DNA of 64,000 nt, from NCBI RefSeq assembly GCF_036321535.1, contig NC_087447.1:37078001-37142000 (forward strand), in the 5' to 3' direction. The stretch comes from Camelus dromedarius. Its lineage: Eukaryota. Positions 47,286-59,082 of the stretch are shown one piece after another. Both the position numbers and the translations under genes were made by a program. The stretch's first letter is position 1. Every line of letters begins with the position of its first letter. Under the pieces are notes generated by a model. It did not search any database and was not told where the DNA came from. It saw nothing but the letters and a program-made list of their open reading frames with translations.

Positions 47286-48419
47286 TTATTTATAGACAGA
47301 AATCTGAGACTCAAAGAGGATAGGCTACTAAGCCAAGTCTACACAGTTGGCTTAAGGGCAAGATTGGGCTGTTTGACTCTGAGATCAGGTTCTGTCCAGG
47401 CCACCAGTTCGCCTTTCTTTCCCAAGCTGTGGGGAGGGATGGGATGGGATGGGATGTTCGATGGGTGAAATGGCCAGTAAGATCTGAGAACACATGATTT
47501 CTCTTGTAGGATAGACACGGACTGTTTGTTTCTCATCGGTGGAGGAGGGAGGGGAGGGTTTGGTGGGAGGGTGAGGAGCAGACTTCCAACACACCAAATA
47601 TTACCCTAATTGGCTCAAAGGCCATGATTGTATCAAGTTCCAGAAATTATGAGTGAACCAGACAGGCCACCGCAGCTGGTCGGCAAATTATTGGCTCAAG
47701 TGTTGTAATTATTAAATGTAGCAGAGAGAGAGAGTACGAGAAACTCAGACACTTAGTCCGGGATAATTGATCCAAAAATTATGGGTTCCAAGAAGGCCAA
47801 CACTTGCTTAAATTTAGATTTGGACTCAACTCCTGTCACACGCACACAAATGACTACTGTTTCCTGGACACCCACTCAGCACACACAATCGGCCCCTCAG
47901 CTCTGCCAGCCCGCAGGAACAAAAGGGATTTTGATTCCGATTATTTTTAAACTTTAATGACAAATCCTTTCCTTCTCCACATTAAAAAATAAAGGCTGTG
48001 CATCGTACCATTAAGGGACTGCTCACTGCCGCTTGATTCTCGGAGGCACTTACGTTGTTTAAATTTTAATTTCCAGGTTGAAATTTTTATTGAAAACATC
48101 ACTATCTTTCGAAACAACAAAAAAAAGTTCCTTCACTTGTCCCTGTGCTAGTTTGTTCTTTTACCTGCTTTCACTTCTGCTCCGCGGGAGGCTCCCCCTG
48201 CCTCTCTGTGGCTCTGTGGCTCCCAGACGCCTCCCTCCAGCCTTGTGATCTGAACTTGCCATTCCTGTCCTGAACAAAAGGTTTTAGTAGGTTTTTTGTT
48301 TTTTTTTTTTTGTAAATGAGTTTGTCTTAGGAGCAGGCTGAAGACTTAAGTATGCAAATCCTTGACCACTCAGGGGCAGCGTCCATCTAGGGATGACAGT
48401 GATGGTGAGGATGACGATG

Positions 48420-48570
48420 ATATGATGCTAATGACAAGACCTCGCTGAGTGCTTCCCACGTGCCAGGCCCATTTCTAGGTACGTTGCAGACATTATCTCC
48501 TATATTCTTCAACACACTACAGGGATGAGGGTCTTACTCCATCTTACAGAAGAGGAGACAGATTCTGAAA
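48420..48570 (-). mobile_element. MIR SINE fragment
   Basis: ctgagtgcttcccacgtgccaggc...cattatctc...ccatcttacagaagaggagacaga. Confidence 0.75.
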
Positions 48571-48714
48571 AATCATGGCATCAGGGAAGGCGAGATGTTA
48601 TCCTTTATCATTCTAGAATAATGTTGGCTGTGCCAAATGCCACTAGAAAGCCAGATGTGAAGGACTGAGCAAGATCTGAAGAGAGATGTCTTTTAGTAGG
48701 TCCCTGGTAAACCG

Positions 48715-49100
48715 GCAAAGAGGCAAAGAGGGCGCTGGAGCTTAGTGGGTAGGATTTTGACATGCAGAGAAAAGGCCAGAGAATGTCTTAGTAAAGAGAA
48801 GAAAACTGGAAGTGTGTTTGGGAATAATTGGCTTGGCCAATGGAGGAAGAGTGGAGTTAATGTCAAGATTTAGGGATGCAATGATCCGTTTTTGGAGGTC
48901 CTTGAATATCAGCTTAACAGCCCTGATCTCTTCCCCATGGGCAGAGGAATCATCCAGTGGTTTTAATCAAGGGAGTAACTACATTGGAATTGCAATTTTG
49001 AAAGATCACTCTAGCAAAGGGGGATAGCAAAGGGTGAATGGGAAATCAGAGGAGGTAAGATGAGAGGCAGGGGGACCAGAAGGATGGCTGCTGGAATAGA
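48715..49100 (-). mobile_element. L2 fragment
   Basis: gtgtgtttgggaa...ggttttaatcaagggagtaac...ttttgaaagatcactctagc...gaggcagggggaccag. Confidence 0.7.
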
Positions 49101-51489
49101 CTCCTCCAGCTCTATGTCTTATGTTGTGTGCTCTTCCTGGTGACTGGCCTTGGGTCCCAGCTCTCCACCTTGGGCTCCCAGGTTGCCCACTGGTCCCAGA
49201 CTGCCCTCAGATAGCTCTCTGCTGCCCCCACCTGGTCCAGGTGGCCCCTGCCACAGTTCACTTGCAGGGCCTGGCCCAGAGGATCTCACACAGGTTAATA
49301 TCCCTGCAAATAATATAACTGCTACTACTACCAGCCGAGACTCAGAGTCACAGTCTGTGCCAGGCACTGTTCACGTCTACTTCCTTACTAAATGCTTACC
49401 TCCCAGAGGGATGCTACGATGTGGCTACTGTTATTACTTTCATTTCACAAGTAATAAGACTGAGGCTTGGATCTGCTCTATCCCCAGTATGGTGAGATGC
49501 GAGACTTCTGCCAGGAGCCTGCCTGAAAGTCTGGGGTTCCTTCATGAGAGTCACTATCATCTAGATCCTGCAGGAGAACCTGGTCAGAGCCCCAGTGAAG
49601 AGACATGCCCATGGGGTGAGAGGAGGGTGTGGCTACTTTAAACAAGGGACCTGGGGCGAGAGAGAGCATGCGGAATGGGGGAGGGGAGAGAGTGGTCATG
49701 TCCAGGATAGGAGCACTGAGAAGCGGGCCCCTAGGGAGAGCAGAGCTTTACATGAGAAATGGAGGCAGGACCCTCGGAAACAAACAGGAAAGAGCAGAAA
49801 GGAGCATGGGGAATGCCGGTGCAAGGCTTCAGGCTCCCAGCTGCGACTGGCTCCTGGGCTTGGGGCTGGCTTTGTGCGTCTGTTGGTTTCCTTAAACAGA
49901 CAAGGTTCTTACTGCTCAAAGTCATCTTTCAGACTTGACAATACTTGGGGGTTAAGGCACTGACTCTTAGGAGATTCCTGTTAAGGAAAATCCTCTGGTA
50001 TATTTCAAGCAGAGAACAGGGCCCTGAGGAGGCTGGGGACAGACAGGGTAGTTTTTAATGGCAGGAGGCAGGGCACAGGCGCAGCTGGCAGTCAGCAGGG
50101 GGGAGCTTGCCCAGAGAGGTGTGTGGAGAGCAGAATGCTAACTTCTCCCACTTTCCAGTTTTGCCTGGGGCCAGCCCTGGGCACGATGATAACGTTTCTA
50201 TAAAACAATTCTCAGGAAGGCTGGTACGAGAAAGCAAAGAGTACATTTCCATAGTTAAGTACATCCTGCCCAGTTAAAGAGCTCCCTGGGACCCGCTGAG
50301 GTTGTGAGCACGTTCTGAATACACATGAAGCATCAGACCATTAGTGGGAGTGAAAGCTGGCCACGTGTTGTCTGTGTGCACATCCTCCGTGTCACGTCTT
50401 CCTTGTGTCCAGTCAGTCATCTCACCACCCCAAACACCACGCTGGCTCCCGGCTGATGGTGAAATGTAGTAGCAGCTGAGCCCCACCCCAGACAGACTAA
50501 TGAAAGGATGTGAATAAGAGTGGGAAGGAAACCATTCGGGGAGGGTTACTCAGATTATTGTTGGCAAGAAACAAAGACCATTTTAATACAAGAGAGGTTT
50601 GTTGTTAGGATGAGTGTAGACCAGAACTGAGCTTGCTTACGTTTCAAACCCAGATAGCCTGTGGACCCACTCCTCTCCCCGTCTCTCTCTCATGAACTGT
50701 GAGAAGTCCTGTGTTCATAACATCTCTTGCTTCCACCTGCTCCAATCAGATCCCAAGATCTAGCAGAAAATCACATCTGTGCGCTGCAACCCCGGTTGTG
50801 GAGGGAGTTCCTGTAACTGGCTTAGCTAATTACTGTTGGTCCCACTGGACAGTGTCCTTCATGAATGCCTCATGTGGGTATAATCAGGACAACGGGCAAA
50901 CCACCTTGGATGGGATGCCGACCTCTAAGCCAACTGCCGGTCCCCTGGTACTAAGAACAGCTTATGACTACGTCCCTCAGCAGAGACGCAGGTGGGTTGG
51001 TTTTGGATAGGAGAGCACACAGGCTCTCCGAGGCAAACACCATAAAATACTCATTGTAAACAGGGGTGCATCTGATTTTGATCTCCATGCAAGTCATCCT
51101 AGGAGTAGGAGAAGGAATTAGGGAAAGAAGAAACCATAAGGACATGCACAGAAATAAAAAGGTCTGTTCTGGAACCACCAAAGTCAGACCTGAAACGTAA
51201 CTTAAAGAAAGCCTGGTCAAACGTCCCTCTGTTACAAATGGGGAAACTGAGCATCAGAGAAGGAAACCAGCCTCCTGATGGACCGTGTATCACGTCTTCC
51301 ATCACGGCTGGTTGTCTTCTCTCCTTCAAGCACCCGTATGGGAGAAGAGATTTCTCAGACCAGGTTGGTCAGCCAACCTTGTTACATTAAAGGACAGATC
51401 TGTCCTGTATTAGTCTGGGATTTACCAAGAAATGCTTAAGTAAAGATCTTGTCAAGGAAGGACACCTGAAGTACATAGGATTAGGCGTT

Positions 51490-52430
51490 AAGTGTAAAAA
51501 GATCAAAACACAGAAATGAAAGAAAAATTTCAATTAAATTTTTATTACATATCTGAATTAAGAATGGCTTTATAATCTTAAAACCAATACAAATACCAAA
51601 AGGAAAGATTGATATATTTGACTACATAAAAATATAATACTTCTGTCGTGAAAATTAACATAAACCAATTAAAGTGGAAAAATGGAAAACTGGCACAAAT
51701 GTCTAAGGATTAATATCCTTGCTGGAGTATGGAGACTTTTATAAAAATTGATAAGTAAAACACTAAGTGTTCAATGGCTAATGGGGAAAGGATATGAACA
51801 TGCATAATAAAGGGGAAATATGTGATTAATAAACATTCGAACGAAGTATCTGCTATACTAGTCAGGGCAATGAATATGAAAACAGCAACAGGATGCTCCT
51901 CTCCCCCTTTTTCTACCTAAATTAGTTAAGATTACAAACAATCCCTGGTGCAGGCGTGAAGGCAGTGAAACAGCCACCTTCCTGCATTGCGGAGAGGCGT
52001 TTACCCTATAGGAGATACTTGTTTTGGAAAATAATTAGGGAATCTGTCATATGGAAATAATCTAAAATCTAAAGATGTTTGTTAAATTACTATTTATCAT
52101 AATGAATAATTAGAAAAACCTGTTGTACCACCACAGAGGAATGTTTAAGTAAACCACAGTTCTTCTATAGGCGAGAATGTGCAACTCTTAGAATATTTCC
52201 AACAACCTGTGGAAATGCAAACATCACAGTGTTAAATCAAACTTGTGTGCATGCAGTGTGAATGTGGCCGTGTACGAAAAAGGCACAGCAGGAAAGCACG
52301 CCTGCCAGGTTTACATTCCTCTGCTTAATGGACATTCTGGATCATTCTATTTTATTTTATTTTTTGCTTTTCTCTTCAATCAGAATATATACATACTATT
52401 TTTATAAGCAAAATAAATCAGAAAAAAATA
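51490..52430 (+). mobile_element. Old L1 (L1MC-type) ORF2 end and 3' UTR
   Basis: aaaggaaagattgatatatttgactacataaaaat...aaatggggaaaggatatgaac...ttttggaaaataattaggg...catactatttttataa. Confidence 0.75.
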
Positions 52431-52716
52431 GATGTGGAAATTGGATTGAACTTGAGCACAGTAAATAAAAGGGGTTGAGAGAGTGAGGGAAAAGTCATGC
52501 AGGGCAGGGTGCTGGGCCACCATCCTAGGTCAGCCTTGCGATCTGGGAGGGATGGAAGCCATGCCCTGTGCTGGAGATGGACCCTGGCTGGTGTAAATCA
52601 GTGAAAGTAAACCTCCTTCCCATCCAGGCTCAAGCCAAGGAGACTTTGCTGATTATCCTTGGGGCTCCAGTGGAGTGAAGTGAGGCCCTTTGCATTGATG
52701 CGTGTGGGATATTCTT

Positions 52717-52738
52717 TCTCTCTCTCTCTCTCTCTCTC
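52717..52738. repeat. (TC)11 microsatellite
   Basis: Direct read. Confidence 0.9.
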
Positions 52739-53655
52739 TGTCAGAAGCACGGGACCTCAGCTGTTGCCGGTGGCCCTCCTGCCAAGTTAAGGGAAGCCAG
52801 CCTACAGGTAAAATCAAGACCAGACCAAGAGAAGGGCAGGACGATGGCAGAGAAGCAGGGTTGCTGCTCTCCGACCTCAGAGCTTGTCTATTCAGTGAAT
52901 TTATAATGCAAGAAGTGGCTTGAGATTTTTTTTTGTTAAATAATAATACTTACAACTGTGAGAACTCCTGATACAGAGAGATATCAGAGATTGCTTCCCA
53001 CTGACAGATGATACCAGAAATAGAAAGGAATGTAGGATAAGGTGAGCGTGGGTGTCTGACTTCATTGTTGAGAGAAAGGAGCCTGAGAAAGAGGCCTGGA
53101 GAGCAGGGCGAGTCCTGGAAGCAGGAAATGTAAGAGAGAGGTAGAAATGCCCAGAAGGGGAAAGCCCTTTCTGAATGATGCTCAGCACCTCAGCCCTATC
53201 GTCCTATTGTATCCTATTTTATCTCATCTGATGATTCTGGTGGTCCTGCTAAATCACACGGACGGGAAAAAGAAAGAATGCTATCTCCCAAGAGGGATGT
53301 TCTTGTTCTCTCTTGACTTGCTAGCCAGCTTCTAGATGGTCTCTGGGAACTGGGCTGTGCTCTGCTGGTCGTCTGCATGAATCCCGATGCCGCCACACAG
53401 CACCTTATGACAGATGCCAGAACCCATGCTCTCCTTATGGCTGAATCCACCAAAGAGCGACCTGTTTAAGGATGAAAGCAGGGGAAGTTTGGCAAGATTT
53501 ATGCAATCCTGATTCTGGGCTTGGAACAGAAAACCCTCAGCTCTGGATTTGAGGAAGAGAATCGTCAGCTCATCTAAGCAATTCTCACTTTAAAATTAGA
53601 TACAAATTGCTGCCCAAATTTTGCCAAAGAGTTGAAAGCACCTCTGACCCCCTCC

Positions 53656-53658
<3 letters not shown>

Positions 53659-53688
<30 letters not shown>
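53659..53688. repeat. (AC)15 microsatellite
   Basis: Direct read. Confidence 0.95.
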
Positions 53689-53693
<5 letters not shown>

Positions 53694-53779
53694 ACTAAAA
53701 CAGTGATTTTCCCATATGAGACTAAGGTTTCCGGCAGATCTCTGGGTACCTAGTTAGTCTTCTCACTTTACTCACTCAC

Positions 53780-54645
53780 CTGAATGAATTGAACTATTCA
53801 CTTAACCATTTATTCACTTAACAAATATTTCCTGGGGACCTACCTACCCACCTAAGGCTGGGGGATATAAGAATAAATAAAATAAGAAATAAAATATATT
53901 TATTTAACCCTTACTATATGTGAGCATCATAGTAAGCACTTGTATTGTATTATTTATTGCATTTCATCCACTGAAACAAGCCTATAGCTCAGCACTACTA
54001 TTTACTCCAATTTAAAAGATAAGGAAACTAAAAATATGTTAGGTAACTTTCCCAAGGTCATACAGCCTCCAGGAAGGGGAACCAGCTTTCAATCCAAGAG
54101 CTTTTACACACTTAATTAACCCTTATGCCAAAGGGAAGACAGAAGCCACCCCCGCCCCAGAAGAGTTAAATTTCCATGGGATCACATGCATTCGGTGTTG
54201 GGGAGGCTGAGAAGGTGGCTACTAATTTTGTTGGGGGAAGACTTAGAAGACAAATCATCATCTGATCTGCCTCTTGACAAATATGGAGAGAAATAGTAGG
54301 TACTGGGGAGGATGTGTATTCCAAGTAAAGAGCAGAGCTGAGCAAAGAAGATGAAAGGGCACGGAGGGCCTGTGCCTGGGGAGCACCTCAAGCTCAGAGA
54401 GGCAATAGCAGGAAGAAGGATGATGAGAAAAGCTTTATCTGCTGAACTAAGAAGTTTGAACTTGAACTTGGGGAGCCAAAGAGGTTTTCCAGCCTGGAAG
54501 CAACATGATCAGCTTTGTGTTTTAAAATGATCTGGTAGCCAGTGTGCTGGGGGAATTGAAGAGGGAGAGATCAGATATACAGAAACTTGTTGGGGAGGCC
54601 TTTGTAAACTTCAGGTAGCAAAATGAAGAGGACTTGAGCCATCCA
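53780..54645 (-). mobile_element. L2 fragment with nested MIR (~53895-54115)
   Basis: cattta...ttaacaaatatttcctgg...ggctgggggata; MIR gataaggaaact...taactttcccaaggtcatacagc; L2 resumes ...gcaacatgatcagctttgtgttttaaaa. Confidence 0.7.
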
Positions 54646-54689
54646 TTAGCTAGTCCCAATTTGGAGTTCTGTTTTTCTAGAGTTATGGG

Positions 54690-54900
54690 AAGACGATGTA
54701 ATATAACAAAGAGAACATTGATGCCAGGCCCTCCTGCCCCGCAAATCTTGGCTATACCTCTCGCCTAGTAATGTGTGACTGTCACGCCTCTCTTTTCTCT
54801 TGTATAAATTGGTCATAAGACTTAACTCATAGGATATTGGGGGGATTAAGTGTAGTAATTTATGTAAAGTGCCAAGCATAAAGAAATTCTATAAATGGTA
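54690..54900 (+). mobile_element. MIR SINE fragment
   Basis: aaatcttggctatacc...tgtgtgact...ctcataggatattggggggattaag...atgtaaagtgcc...ataaatggtag. Confidence 0.7.
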
Positions 54901-55080
54901 GTTTCATCCCCCACCCCTTCAGGCTAAGAAATGACAGATTGAGCACATAGATTAGTTAGAAGACCTGCCACGTGCTGACACTTTCCAAGACTGAATAAAA
55001 CATTTAGCCTGCTGATCTAATGTGTCTACACTGATTTACTCAATTGTTTAGTTTTAGTACTTTTTTCTACTGCTCTAGCC

Positions 55081-55481
55081 ATATTAGTCAGGATAGACTA
55101 GGGTATGCCACAGTAGCATGTTAGCTCCGGCACCTCAGTGACTTCATAACATACAAGTTTATTTTTCACTCCCTTGACGTGACAACACCAGTAGTCAAGG
55201 GACTTCGCTCCACGTATTCACTCAGGGACCCAAGCTGACAAACTCCACAGTCTTGTAACCTCACAACCTGGAATGCAAGGTCTCCAGGTTCTTGCAGCCA
55301 TAAAAGAGAGAGATGGAGGCGGCACACAGGCTTTTATCTGTCTTGACTTAGAAACGACACACATCGCTTCCACTCGTGGCCCCTTGTTCTGAACTAGCTA
55401 CATGCCCAGCCTAACTGCCAGGGAAGCTGATAAATGAAAGTGAGTACATGGATATTTGATGGGCACTAACTGTTCTGCTAC
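55081..55481 (-). mobile_element. MLT1I/J-like solo LTR
   Basis: tattagtcaggatagactagggtatgc...aagtttatttttcactc...cactcagggacccaagctga...acacacatcgcttccactc...cctaactgccaggga...tctgctaca. Confidence 0.8.
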
Positions 55482-55763
55482 AGTAGTGATAGCTATGTAA
55501 GAATTTTTTTTTAAACGTATTTTCTTCTGGTTAAAGGCTCAAGTTATCCTTGACAGATGAAGTTCTTCTTCCTTGCATTAGTTCTCATCACAGTCCTTTG
55601 CTTCAGAGTAACTCATCACGAAAACGTCTCCCTCTTTGTACTGTATGACTTCAAATAACAGAGCTGGTGGAATCTCAGAAAGAATTTCCAGGTCAACTTT
55701 TGCATGGAAATTAAGTGTTCCTGACTTGGTAAGTGACCCACTAAAACATCAATTTTGTTTTTG

Positions 55764-55842
55764 CTTTTGTCTTAATACTTTTTTTATTTGACAATCTATA
55801 TTGTTACTTTATTTTTTAAACTTTTATATTTCTTATTCTTTT

Positions 55843-55882
<40 letters not shown>

Positions 55883-56055
55883 TTTTTAAAGACCATCCTT
55901 GATTTTTATTTAGGGGGGGCGAGGAGGGAGTAATTAGGTTTTATCTTTATTTATTAATTTATTATTATTATTAGTTTTAATGGAGGTACTGGGGATTGAA
56001 CCCAGGACCTTGTGCATGCTAAGCACATCCTCCACCAGGGAGCTATACCCTCCCC
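55764..56055 (-). mobile_element. tRNA-Ala(AGC)-derived SINE, camelid Vic-1-like, with long A-rich/(TA)n tail
   Basis: Reverse complement ggggagggtatagctccctggtggaggatgtgcttagcatgcacaaggtcctgggttcaatccccagtacctcca...cctaattactccc; flanked by near-identical repeats catcaattttgtttttg (55747-55763) and catcaatttttgttttg (56058-56074). Confidence 0.88.
55848..55880. repeat. (TA)16 microsatellite within the SINE tail
   Basis: Direct read. Confidence 0.95.
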
Positions 56056-56869
56056 ATCATCAATTTTTGTTTTGATTCTTGCTGCACTAACAGGAGAGTG
56101 TCAAGAAAACGTCTATCAGTGCTCGGCATGGGGTGGGCTAGAACCTAGATAGTCGGCTTTTGGAAGATAGTCTCCCCCTCCCCATGTAAACTCAGAAGGT
56201 ATATAGAACAATTTTTGTTTCTAAATCACGATTTTGCTACTTTGGGATTGATGAATGTATCTAAGTTCTACCCTAGATGTACTGGATCTATGAAAAAGGG
56301 CTCAGGGACCTTTATAAATGCCTAGCCTTGCTTTGAGATTAAGCCCAAGAAAGCTTGATCTGTTTGCATATAATGGTTCATCATGGGCACAGCATCTCTG
56401 GGGCTGGGCAGGATGGAGGTGGAATGGCTGTGTGATTGCAAAGACTGGGCTCAAAGAGACACCACCTACAGGATTCAGTGGGGAGCAGCCCCCTGGGTAA
56501 GTGTAGCCCTGTGGACATGGAGTCACCCAGGGTCCACTCTTCCTTGGAAGATTATACTGGCCTGAGCCAGAGCCGAGACAAGCCAGACATTGTTGGGCAG
56601 GTAGCAGCAGTGCCAGTGAGAGCGGGCCAGTGCTCTACAGTGGCACCGTGTGGCAGGGAGAAGCTTTGCTGGCAAGGATGGCCGCTGAAGAGCAGATAGA
56701 GAGCTCTTGCTCAGAAGTGGATGTTCTGTAGACCCCTTTACGATTATGCAAGCCCTCAAGGTCCAGGGACAGTTGGAGGGTAAAGTGCTCAAGAGGGTGA
56801 CACTGAATGTATTATCTGTCTGGTGGCCGGAAGCTGTAGCCTATTTGAAATAGAGTTTGGAGAAATGAA

Positions 56870-57050
56870 AGCGATATGAAGGGAGCTGGCCTGGGGAGTT
56901 GAGGAGAATTTCAAACTGATTATATCCAGATGGGAAAGTTGAGGCCCAGACAGAAGGCTGAGCTGAGCTAAAATAGTGAAGACTGGCAGAGCTGGCTTCA
57001 TACCCAGATCTCCTTACCCCTAGCTCAGTGCTTTCGCTAAGGAACCATGC
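56870..57050 (-). mobile_element. MIR SINE fragment
   Basis: cagatgggaaagttgaggcccaga...tggcagagctggcttcatacccagatctcct...cagtgcttt. Confidence 0.75.
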
Positions 57051-58669
57051 AGCTCACTGCAAAATCTGAAAAGTCTAGAAAGTCTCAAGGTACAACTCTT
57101 TCCTCTTCTTTTCTGCTCTACTATCCCTTTCTTCTTGTTTTGTTGCCTGCTTTTCTCATTTTTCTATTTAACTGATCTTTTCTTTTGCATATGATTCAAA
57201 CAGGTGAGGACAGACCCAGGCAGCACAAAGGTCAGGAACCTACCACGGGAACTTAGGGGCATCTGGAGGGCAGAATTGGAACAATGACATCAGAGATGCC
57301 GGATTAACACAGATGACCTCATTTGGTGTATCTGATGCCATTGCTCAAATCTGGCCCCATCTTTAAATCACCAGGGTCAAGTCTTGGTTCAATAGCAAAT
57401 TTGTTTATACAGTTCACACTCTTCCTTATCAGACATGGAAAACCATGTACACGGAATTAGATATATGAGAATGGTGTGTGAAAATTAGTTAACCTCTCTG
57501 AGCCTAATTCCATTATCTGTAAAATGAACATCCTCACAATTGTCTCATAGGATTAAGCAAAACAATGAACTTTGTGCCTCTTATAGGGCCTGGTATATAG
57601 AAGATACTTAAACAATCCTTGGTCTCCTTTTTTTTCAAGCTCTCTTCCATTGACAAGGAATGCTGAAATGGGAAGCGTCTAGGAAACAGAAACCCTAGGA
57701 GTCTTGTTGCATCCTTGCCAGCCCACCTGGGTGCTTGGCAAGTGTCTCAAGATTTGACATAGCTAATTCCGAAAGTCAGATACTATGATAAAGACACGTG
57801 GGAGGATAAACTATTGACCTATTTCCTGGAGAAAGAAAAAAAAGATTCTGCCAAAACAAAGATGTTTCTAGAGAGTGGGTTGGTTTTGATAAATAATTAA
57901 CTTGGGTTGGTTTCCTTGTGTCTAGAGGAGTAATTACAACAGCATGTTCACGCCTCTGGAGTTCTGTTGTCACCTTTTCCATGATAAAAATCTCTCTTAA
58001 AAAAATGCATTCAGAAACTTGGCTGTAAAACAATGCTCTGGTCTGAAGAATGCCACAAAAACTTTCACAGTTTATGGGCAACATTTTTAATTGGATCAAA
58101 AGATGCTCTATTGTTTCCAATTGGCCTCAATTAAACCAAGGTAAAGAAATTACATTGCCGTGGGAGGCATCTCACCGCCACCGAAGTAGAACACCCCCTC
58201 TGTTGGCCCATTGAGGATATTGCTCCTCTCAGTGGTTACCAAGTATCCTGTCACCTGACACGTGTCTCTCTGCACTAGGTGCTGGGCTGGTTGGGGGGTG
58301 GATACAGCAGGGGCTTTCATCTGATATTGAGCTCACAATCTCACGGAAGACATGACAGTTTACCATGTAGTGAAAGAGTGCTGAGCTCAAGATGTTGATT
58401 CAAATTTAAGCAAAACCTAAGGGTCTCAGACACTTTTCTGTAAAATGAGATAACTGGATTATATGGCAAACATTTGAATTTTTAGGCCAACTCTGGTGGT
58501 AGTGCCTGCTGCATTGAATAGATTTCTGAGGTCATGTTCATACTTGGTGGGAAAGAACATTACAAAAGAACAGAAGAATGCTTAAACTATTCTGTATGAG
58601 AATGAGAGGTAGGGAAGGAAGGAGGAGGGAAAAGAAGTCTGAGGGAGGAACCAAAGAGATGGAAGGCAG

Positions 58670-59082
58670 AAAAAATGCTGTATTTTCATTAACTCTTCGT
58701 TTTCCTCCTGGGACCACTCTTGACTCTATTTCCCAGCTTCCTCTACAGTTGCACGGGGCCACGTGACTAAGTTCTGGTCAATGGAATGTCAGCAAAAAGA
58801 GGATCTGCCACTTTCTGACTTGGCCCCTGAGGCATCCTGTGAGGTTCTCTATATTCTGTGCTTCAGACCCACTTCCTTGTCTCCCAGTTGGATGCAGAAG
58901 ATCCAGAGGAGAACTCTGAGATAGAACCACTAGAGAAAAGGAGATTCAATTCTTGGATCACTGCATATGGCTTCCCTCTGAATACCCAACTGGACTATGA
59001 TGTGGGTAAGAAATATATTTTTTAAAGCCACTGAAATTTTGGGGTTGTTTGTTATAGCAATCAGCCTAGCCTGACTATTACA
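58670..59082 (+). mobile_element. MLT1J-like solo LTR
   Basis: atttcccagcttcctctacagtt...ggccacgtgactaagttctggtcaatggaatg...aagccactgaaattttggggttgtttgttatagca...ctgactattaca. Confidence 0.8.

Noticed and set aside
53398..53418. REST/NRSF-like cagcacc...gacag
   Set aside because: Half-site spacing and the GGACAG half do not match the canonical RE1.
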